A DNA stretch of 64,000 bases from Entomortierella parvispora E1425 (Eukaryota; Fungi; Mortierellomycota), in assembly GCA_020891255.1 (NCBI GenBank), contig BQFW01000006.1, forward strand, positions 1,116,001-1,180,000, in the 5' to 3' direction. This document shows, piece after piece, positions 10,833 to 19,478 of the stretch. Position 1 is the first letter of the stretch; every line of letters starts with the position of its first letter. The notes under the pieces were generated by a model. That model saw nothing but the letters and a program-made list of their open reading frames with translations, ran no database searches and had not been told where the DNA came from. Both the position numbers and the translations under genes were made by a program.

Positions 10833-13738
10833 CTATTCTTCGACTACCAAGGAATTTTGATCATTTTTCGTACTTTCTATCTCGCCCAGGGCTTTCGCCA
10901 CAACCTCAGCGATCATTTCAAAATGATCGCAATCCACTGGCACAAAATCACAGCTGTCAGCTATCAACCTCACCATTTCAGTAGTGGTGGCCGCAAAGAG
11001 CTTGTAGCACAACCTTGCGAGTACTTTATCGGGCAAAACGCAAAGCTCGAAGTCCACGAAGGACACTTCTTCTCCTGTCCATTTTTTGCACTCGTTCTTC
11101 CTCCACTCCAATAACCTGTTCCTCCCTACATCCTGATCTTTGTCCGCGCTCTTCCCCTTTGGTATAGTCAGTTCGGGCCCAATTTGACCAGTAAGTTCGG
11201 TCGTCTTGCGGCGACAAGACTCACCGAGACATACATCACAACATTTGGTACGAGAGGATATTTTGTTCCCTAGATATTCATCCACCACATGCCACCGACA
11301 TTTCCTCCGACTGTTGTCCTTGTCCTTTTCCTTGTCCTTTTCCTTGTCCTTGTCCTTGTCAATTGGGGGGCAACGAAATTTAAGATGTCAGGTCTCTTGT
11401 TGTATTTCCTGCTGGTAGTTGGAGGCGCCAAGAGGATCCCAAAGCCTTTAGTTCCAGGACCCCTCGCTGCTCGACCGAACCTCTGCACAAGACTCGTCAA
11501 ATCGTGAGGCAGACTTCATATCATTGAAAATATCTTGAAGTAAGTAAGATCGTCTCTCATTTCATCCGCATTGTCCAACCTTAGTTACGTTTCAACTTAC
11601 TCATATTGGAACACAGTGATAACATCTGAGATATCGCATCCCATGCCGCAGGCATCAGTAGCCAACAGGACATCAATCTCGCTATTAATGAACTTGAGCA
11701 GGACTTTATCCTTGGAAGAACTAAGGCGGGTTGAGAAAAATGCGTCCATTCGCAGATCAGGCCTCAATGGCCTTAACTTGTCCTGTACATCTCTGAGAAG
11801 TGCGATGCTGTCAAAATAGACAATCGTCTTTGTATTGTCCAGCAACTTCGCCAGTTGTCTGACTCGATTCCTTAGTGAAAAGGTATGAACTTCGAGCTGG
11901 ATGTTATCACGAATGTCATCCACACGAATGACATGAACGGTGGACGAGGCGAGAAAGACGCTATTCTTGATTTCCTGGAGCGAATCGGGTGGGAGGGTTG
12001 CAGTCAGGCCTACGATCGGCACCCCAGGTACCTTACCACGCAATGATCCAATTTGCGAATAATACGGCCGAAAATCTTTCCATTTATCTACACAGTGGAC
12101 TTCATCTACGACGATGGAGCATAGTTGACTTTTCCAATACTTATTGTTCCAAAGGTCCTGAACCTTGCATGCAGTAGATCCTTTCCCGAAAATGACTTCT
12201 GGCGACATGAACACAGCTCTGTAATGTCCCTCCTTAACTAATTTAATGTCACTGTCGTTAACTCGATTGCCGTTGTAGGTCGAGAGTAGCAAACAAGTGA
12301 CATCCTTTTCTTTGAGTTTCTAGAGTATTAACACAGGGTCGCATTGCGCGATATGTTAGAAAAAGTATACCTGTTAGACTGGTATATTGTATGCTGGCAT
12401 ACCTTTATCTGATCCTGCATCAGGGCAATCAACGGCGAAATGACGACCGTAATCTTGTCCTTCCACATCACCATTGGCAGAGAAAATACAAGTGTTTTTC
12501 CCCACCCGCAGGGCGCAAGCAGTAAGCAATCCTGCTTGTTGTATATATGTTTGACAACACGAAGCTGCTCCTCCTTTGGTGAGTGATGAAAACGCTTTCG
12601 GCAAGCTTGAATAGCCTCTTTACATAATGGATCCTGCAGTATGAAGATTACAGACATATATGCATTTTAATGTGAGAGTTAATGCAAGTCCAGAACATCG
12701 CCATTTCATAATTAAACTCGACTTACCTGGACATCACTCTCGTCTTCGCGTTCATCGCTTTTTTGTATAAACGGTAAAGGTTGGCTAAGAACCGCATTTG
12801 ATGGTGACGAGAATGACTGCAACGGAGAGCCGACAGAATTGGCGGGTGAAGAAGGAGCTGATGACGATGGCTGCATCGATGACCACTTTTTCCTCAAAGG
12901 GGTTCTTACATAATAGTTATCAGAACCCCACGTCATGATTGGTTCTCCATCAGTGTTATCACAGAAAGGATCGAACGTCAACTCCTCCGACGCATTGCTG
13001 GGTCGCGGCGATTCTTCTCCAACATTGGATCGCGTCAAATTCTCTCCAACATTGAGTCGTGGCGGTTCTTCTCCAGTGATGGGTGGCGTCGAATTTTTTC
13101 CAATGTTGAATTGCGTTGATCCTCCAATGTACGCAGCCTGAGAAGTCGGAGAAAGAGCCTGTGCCTCCATGACAAAGGGTAAAGGTTGGGCCATATCGGT
13201 AGCACCAGAACCATTGGTAGTTCCCTAATCGATATGAATGGGAGGAGGTGGATACATCTGTTAGAAAAGAAAACGCGAGCAGCACATATTTTTTAACGAT
13301 TTTTTTCATACTTGGTTGGCCACAATTGGTGACTGTATGAATCTTGGCGTTTGTAAGGTTTGTGAGGTGCGCGGGGTTCGTGGAGTTCGTGGTGCTCGTG
13401 GTGCTCGTGGGGTTTGTGTTGTTTGCGGGGTTCGCGGAGGAGCACCTGGGGAATCAAGACGAAATCGTCCCTCACCCTATTGTAAATCACAGAGTTAGAA
13501 GAGGCCACACCAGGAAGAGGCCACCAGGCACCACATCAAGCTACTCACCTTGGTGCTACGCGATCTTCTCGGCGTTCCCGGGATATCTTGATCAGATTTG
13601 CTAAGAGCATCATGACTACAACAGAAAATATGAAGAGATGAAGAAAATAGAGCAGATGGACGCGTGGGCGACTCTGAGCATCATGGACACCCGAGACGCG
13701 TCTCCTCACCTCTGCTCGATTGGTCTTTTGCTTGCCAT
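10833..13738 (-). CDS. Transposon-encoded RecQ-like SF2 helicase, ~796 aa after correcting one frameshift
   Basis: Modelled exons 13738-13710, 13615-13549, 13476-13312, 13224-12727, 12633-12403, 12319-11601 and 11513-10833. Motifs I APCGWGKT, Ia SPLIALMQDQ, II DEVH, aromatic loop WKDFRPYY, III LTAT, V ATDACGMG, VI QRFGRAAR, and RQC-like Zn motif CRW...CCDVC. A 1-nt deficit falls in the G6 run at 11365-11370. Confidence 0.85.
13000..13107 (-). repeat. 27-bp (9-aa) minisatellite, 4 units, at the inner edge of the right TIR
   Basis: Units encode NIGKNSTPP / ITGEEPPRL / NVGENLTRS / NVGEESPRP. Confidence 0.75.
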
Positions 13739-14099
13739 CTTTGTCATTTAATCAGATGAAGGGTATAAAGAAGAGGTGGCAGGAGCTGAATGCAAGATCG
13801 GAACGCGGGGTTTATGAAAGAAAGTGGTGGCATTGAAAATGAAAAAATGGAAGAAATTAACCCCATTCAAGCCGGGCGACGAGCGATGGCATGGCTGCAT
13901 GGCTGGCATTACTCTCACTATTTTATTATTATTAGAGTGAATTTATTTAAAGTTTTTAAATTACACTATTTATCAGAGAATTTTTTTTCCTTTTTTGGAC
14001 GAAAAAATTATTTTGGGTCATCCATAGGAAAGGGTGAGATTTGCGCCCAGCCCCTCTGAAGTGAAGGAGTGAGCAAAGAGGGGCTGGGTTCAGAGCTTC
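13080..14099 (-). repeat. Right terminal inverted repeat (1020 bp)
   Basis: Reverse complement of 6505-7525. Confidence 0.95.
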
Positions 14100-14108
14100 T
14101 AAAAAAAG
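14100..14108. repeat. Right 9-bp target-site duplication TAAAAAAAG
   Basis: Identical to 6496-6504. Confidence 0.85.
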
Positions 14109-14303
14109 GTCCAGCAGGTCCCGTCCAAGGTGCGGATTCACATCTTTTTCCATTCAGACAGCTGCATTCCTTTTGTTTTGTTTTGTTTTGTCTGCTCTTC
14201 CTCTCCTCACTTCGTTGCTCTACCCCATTCCTCTACCCCATTCCTTTTTTGTTACCCAGAAACCGTTGGTTGCTTTCTTACCATATCTATCTTGACGCTA
14301 AAC

Positions 14304-16868
14304 ATGCCCAACCGTCCATCCAGCAACAACCGCTCCCGCAGACCAGCCAGGAGGCCCCCAGCCAATAACCCTCCTATCGCGCATGTTGGGGGTCTTTACC
14401 CTGTTACTATGCAGCCTGCAAACCCTGCGCCTCCAGCACCACCTGTTGAGGAAGAGGAACATTTCGAGGACAACAGCATCGAGTTTGTAGGATCGCTCTT
14501 TGACTGCATTCTTTATGAGCGTGCCTACCATCGTTTGCATACTCTGAAAAAAGCCTGGGATTTCCCTGTCGTGTACGAAGAGGTTGCCCAGGACTTGGTG
14601 GCCTGCTATCGACTGTCGCTCGAACCAAAGTTCCTCAATAATCCAATCACATCAGTGTTTTCTCGATATTTCCAGCGTCAAAAGTCTCTCCTGACGGCCA
14701 AGGGTCTTAGGCGCTTTGTCCACGACCACATGGGAACCTACGAACAATTCCCAACCTCCAGCATGAATTCATTCGGCATGTATACCATGAGTGCAGGATT
14801 TTTGGACGAAGATGTCGAGGTTGAGGATCTGGACGAGGAAGAATTGAGCGACTTTGACGCGGTCACCCATGGTCGTCGAGTTACCCGAAAGGGGGTTGCG
14901 TACAAGGGACCGCAATTGTCTCGCAATCATGAAGAGGACTACGCACGAAATTACTATGCGATCTACAAGCATACCCAGGACATGATTGCGGTCATGATTG
15001 AGCATCTTCGGAGAAAAATGTGGTACCATCAAGGCAGTGGCGGTCAAATTGTGGCCCTCAAGGGCATGGGCGTTGAAAGACCAAAGCCGGAATCTAATGC
15101 GAACAAGAACCAGAGCTTCATGGACGACACTGATGCGGATTGGAAAAATCGAGGCATATCTGACGTCAAGGGTGTCAAAAAGTACACTCGTCGATTTAAT
15201 GGCAAGATCAAGCGCCGCAATTACGAACGGAACCGAGCCAGGATTGTCACTGAGGGGCGGGTTTATGGACAAGCATATCCCAGTGGAGCCATTCCGTCCG
15301 ACGTTTTCATGAGTCCCACCGCTCCCACTGACTATTCGGATTCCGAGACCGAGGATCAGGATCCAGAGAGTGTGAAGAGGCGAACGGAGGACAGCCTGAG
15401 GATTGACGAGACTATCGCGCAGTTGGCTGGGATGTCAACAATGGAGTACAGGTCATACAAACGCGCGATTCGATACCTGCCTCCGTCCCACAAGGATATC
15501 CTCTATGATTGGAAAGGCGTGAACAGAGACTTGAGGCTGATTGATCTGCCATTTGAGGATGCTGAGCCGAGTTTCTACGCTGGTTTGACTAAAGCACTCA
15601 TGGAAAAGTACAGAGTACGTAGCTATGGTTCTGCAGATTAAGTGCTTCATCAAGCGTTGTGTGTTTATGATTCATCTCAATCTTTTTAGGGGTTATTGCC
15701 TCCAGACGACATCATGAACAGGCACAAAGCTCTTGCCGTGACACTAGCTCAGGTGCTTAAAATCGCCTTCCCTTCCGAGGATCTCGAGGTGGAACCTTTC
15801 GGGTAAGGATAGTGTGTCCGAACTGTACATGTTTAATCACTATTTAATTGACCTCTTTTTTGTGGTCTTCTTTTAATCACCTGTAGTTCCTTCGTCAGCG
15901 GACTTTTGCTCAAGGACAGCGACGCTGATTTCTGCATTACAGGACCCAATATTCACGAACACAAACTTCTTAATGACATGGAACATCTCGGAGATGTTCT
16001 TCGGCGCTTTGGCATGAAGGACGTGGTGTGTATTCCAGGGGCCATGGTCCCTATTGTCAAGTTCAAGGATCCTCAAACCAACATGGAGTGTGACCTCAAC
16101 TCAGGAAACAACTTGGGTACAGTCAACTCTGAACTTATCAAAGCTTACCTTTCGATTGACGAAAGGGTCAAGCCTTTCCTGTACCTGATCAAGGCCATCA
16201 GCAAAGCTCAAGGGATCAATGATTCCAAGACTGGGTACTTGAGTAGCTACGCTCTGACTTGGATGGGAATTGTCTATCTTCAGCAATTGATGATTCCAGA
16301 GAGCGAGCAGGGCAATCGTGCCTCTTCCAGTTCTGTGCTGGTCGGTGGAGGCGGACCCAGTGCAGCCCCACGGCCCTGGAGACCAGTCTTACCCAAGCTT
16401 CAGCAACAGCCTGCCGAACACATGACAGATTTCACCTCTCGACTTAACAGTCATATCAGAAGCGCTGGCAACACTGCAGATGGCAGTAGATCTCCTTCCA
16501 CGGCGTCGGGTGATAAGGTCCAATGCCGTTTTGACGAGAACAAGACGGGACGTCTGACAGGATTTGGTCACCGCAATACGCGATCATTGGCGAGTCTTGT
16601 CATTGGCTTTTTTGAGTTTTATTCTCGTCGGTTCTGTTATACGGGGACATCCATCCACGTGGCGACGGCAGAATATGTACCAAAGACGGCGAAGGAACAA
16701 CAATTGGACAACCATCGGTTTAAAGTCGTGGATCCATTCCAACTTCATCGTAACATCACGGGCACGTGCCGCGGCGAAACATTGGCACGGATTTGGCGCG
16801 CTTTCGATCATTGCTATCAATCACTGAGTGCTGGCGACGTGGCCAAGACCCTGGTTCCTGTGGAGTAG
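14304..16868 (+). CDS. Cid1/TUT-family non-canonical poly(A)/poly(U) polymerase with a long uncharacterised N-terminal region (~801 aa)
   Basis: Exons 14304-15614, 15690-15802 and 15887-16868 join in frame. Pol-beta NTase motif FGSFVSGLLLKDSDADF, third Asp in CDLN, GYLSSYALTWM, and PAP-associated motif VVDPFQLHRNITG. Confidence 0.85.
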
Positions 16869-17142
16869 GTCTTTCTGGTTTTTGAGTTTTAAGTTAATGG
16901 ACTAAAAAAAAAAAAAGAAAAAAAAAAAAAAAGAGAGGGAATAAATCAATTAAGGGTGTAGAAACCAAAATCGCCATTCGTTGACCTCCATTCGCGAAAG
17001 ACAGTGCTTTACATGCATTCTTCAACAAACAGCATTCTGGAAAGCCCGCAAGTTTGACACGACACGACACGACACGACGTGGGACAATTATAGACGTTCA
17101 CCATCTCATCACCAAAAACGAAATAGCTCATAAACTCACAGA

Positions 17143-17532
17143 ATGGCATCTCGACCTCCAGGAACGCCGATTCTCGGCGGGCAGGGCGTTGGCGTAGGTG
17201 GATTGTCAGGCGGCGTCGGATCGACCACCCCAGGGGGATCAGCAGCAGCAAGCACAGCAGGTCCTGGAGTGGCAGCCTCGATCGTTGGAGGGATTGGAGG
17301 TACTGCAGGTCAGACAGCCGCCATGGCTGCAGCGGCCGTAGCAGCCCGGAACGCAAACCTGTCGGCATTGCAGGAAATTGAGGAAGCCTATAACAAGCGT
17401 CTGGATATGGATGTGAACCAACTCATGGAGTCGTTTGGCGATATCATCAAAGTCGCCAATGTGAGTCGCCGATCTCCTTTTTTTGTGGGTCATTTATCTA
17501 AACTATCTGTGGAGGTTACGATACTCATTGCG

Positions 17533-17572
<40 letters not shown>

Positions 17573-17947
17573 AAACAGATCACATACACGGATTCATCGT
17601 TTACAAAAGACAAGTACAAGTTGGCACAGGAGTCTTATCAGATCCAGGGACGGGCGACCAACATTGTGAGTTCAGCAGAGTCATTGCTGGCGATGGTCAC
17701 CGAGTTGAAGCAAACGTTGTTGCTGAACGATACCAGCACTTTGGCAGAACTTTCGACGCGACGACAGATGGAATTGACCATCCAAAAGACCGCGGTCAAG
17801 CAAAGAGTGGTTGGATTGAAGGAAGAAGTGGATCGGACAATCTGGGAGTTGGAGCAGACTTGCTATGGAACTGCCCCAGTCGTGCAGGGCGGAGGAGAAG
17901 GCAGCGGAGCAAATTCATTAACTCTGGAGAACGACGCGCTGCAATAA
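17143..17947 (+). CDS. MED22: Mediator subunit Med22 (Srb6/Surf5)
   Basis: Exons 17143-17460 and 17579-17947. Motifs RLDMDVNQLMESFGDIIKVA and RATNIVSSAESLLAMVTELKQTLLLND. Confidence 0.8.
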
Positions 17948-18158
17948 ATATTGGCAGATTAATAGTAATAGAGAGTAGAGAAAGATTGGGTGAAAGGAAG
18001 CGCGAGAAAAGGGTTCATTCTGACTAGTTTATTTGATATCGGTTTATTGAAGACAGCCCTAGTAGTCTGGTGCTGTATGTATAGGGGAAGGAGGTTATGG
18101 TGGTGGTGTCTATAATCGATCCTTGGCAACGACCCGAGGAATTGGATTGTTCCGATGT

Positions 18159-18935
18159 CTAGACTGAGGACAATGAAGCGGAAGGTTGCTGACTTGATCG
18201 TTTGCGGGGACCAATGATACCCTGCTGGCGATTCATCTTGCAATGGCACTGGTGACCTTCACTTTCGTCACCAGTCCTCGATGCTGGACGAAGTATAGGT
18301 CGCTTAATTGGAGAGCGGTGCGACCGGTAAATCATACTACCCGGGGTCAATGGTGATATGTTGAACCGCACTTGCTTGCTCTGCCTGATCTCGTTCGTGA
18401 TACGTAGGCGACTGAAAGTTTCAAGTAGCCTATTGCCGTTCCTGGGGATATTCAACGGTGCAGTACTCACCAGCCATGGCCCACGGTTTGCATCTTCATG
18501 CAGGACGTCGAGTTTCAAGTCTCTTGTTATGCTTTGAAGGATGGTAGTTGATGGGGTAGGGTCACCGAGAGGCCCTGTGGAGCTGCTCTTGATCGTGCAT
18601 CGAGTGGAAGTGTCATATTTTTGCGCCTCTGAAGGTAAAGTTATGGTTCTTCTCAATGTCTTGTCGTCATCTTGGAGATCGAGCTTTGCAAAGTTGATTT
18701 GAATTTCTGTAAGGGATGGAATCTCGAAAGTTCTACCACCTGCTGCCTTGATGTTGGGAGGGTGAGGAGGGGTTGGGGTAAAAACGAGCTGGGAAGGGAC
18801 ATCGACAGCGACTTTATGGTGGGCATCTTCCTTTCCAAAGAACAAAGGCGGCTTCCTGGGAATGGCTTTAATTGGTAGCGCAGACAGAGTCTCTGGTTGA
18901 GCAATGACAGGTTGGACGCGTTGTGGCTGTGACAT
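18159..18935 (-). CDS. Hypothetical protein, 258 aa, Pro/Ser/Thr-rich
   Basis: ATG-initiated 258-aa ORF. No recognisable family. Confidence 0.5.
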   Translation of the reverse strand: MSQPQRVQPVIAQPETLSALPIKAIPRKPPLFFGKEDAHHKVAVDVPSQLVFTPTPPHPPNIKAAGGRTFEIPSLTEIQINFAKLDLQDDDKTLRRTITLPSEAQKYDTSTRCTIKSSSTGPLGDPTPSTTILQSITRDLKLDVLHEDANRGPWLVSTAPLNIPRNGNRLLETFSRLRITNEIRQSKQVRFNISPLTPGSMIYRSHRSPIKRPILRPASRTGDESEGHQCHCKMNRQQGIIGPRKRSSQQPSASLSSV

Positions 18936-19478
18936 GTCAACTTCAAGACACTTGTAGTCTGAGATTACGGCCGAGAATAACTGTGCTAGGAAGAGTCGCT
19001 GCTATTTCTCTGGGTAGGTGAGTGATGAATAGCGGGGCTTCAGGAAGAATTGGGGCAGGGGTGGGGCCAATGTAGACGATTTAAGTATGCTTTCAGCGGA
19101 CAGATCGGCGGTACCTTGGTCCGATACTATCGCCAGATATGGATGTTGGAGGATTACAGCAGGTGGAGTACGGTGGCATAGTCCGGAACATCAACCTGTA
19201 GGCGTCCTTGTGCTAGTTCGAGGTTCAAAGTCGGATAATACCGCATCCACATATACGGGGATCGGGTCTCCCTGAAAGTGGGAAGATGAGGATACCAATT
19301 CTAATTATTTATGGCCAAAAAAAAAAAAAAAAAAAACCAGAATAAAATGTGCGCCACCAAAATCCACAAGACTGCTTTTCTCTGCCTTTGAACAACAATC
19401 ACTGCTGCTGTGCTCAAAGCATTCCTTTGCCTCATTCCTCTTCATTCGCTTATATTGCGCGCATCCAGTGTGCGTGTC

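Larger units (their letters stand above)
6505..14099. mobile_element. AcademH-type DNA transposon (DDE transposase plus RecQ-like helicase), full length, 7595 bp
   Basis: ~1.02-kb TIRs (GAAGCTCTGAACCCAG...CTGGGTTCAGAGCTTC), a 9-bp TSD, and convergent transposase-like (+) and SF2 RecQ-like helicase (-) genes. This matches the published AcademH description (Kojima 2020: helicase-encoding Academ with 9-10-bp TSDs). Confidence 0.88.

Noticed and set aside
10833-13738. Helicase as the host RecQ gene (SGS1/HRQ1)
   Set aside because: It lies inside TIRs with a TSD, shares its 5' exons with a transposase, and lacks the long N-terminal and winged-helix layout of Sgs1.
14130-14303. Upstream GTG start of ORF 14130..15641
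   Set aside because: The region is a pyrimidine-rich 5' UTR-like sequence. The first ATG in good context is at 14304.
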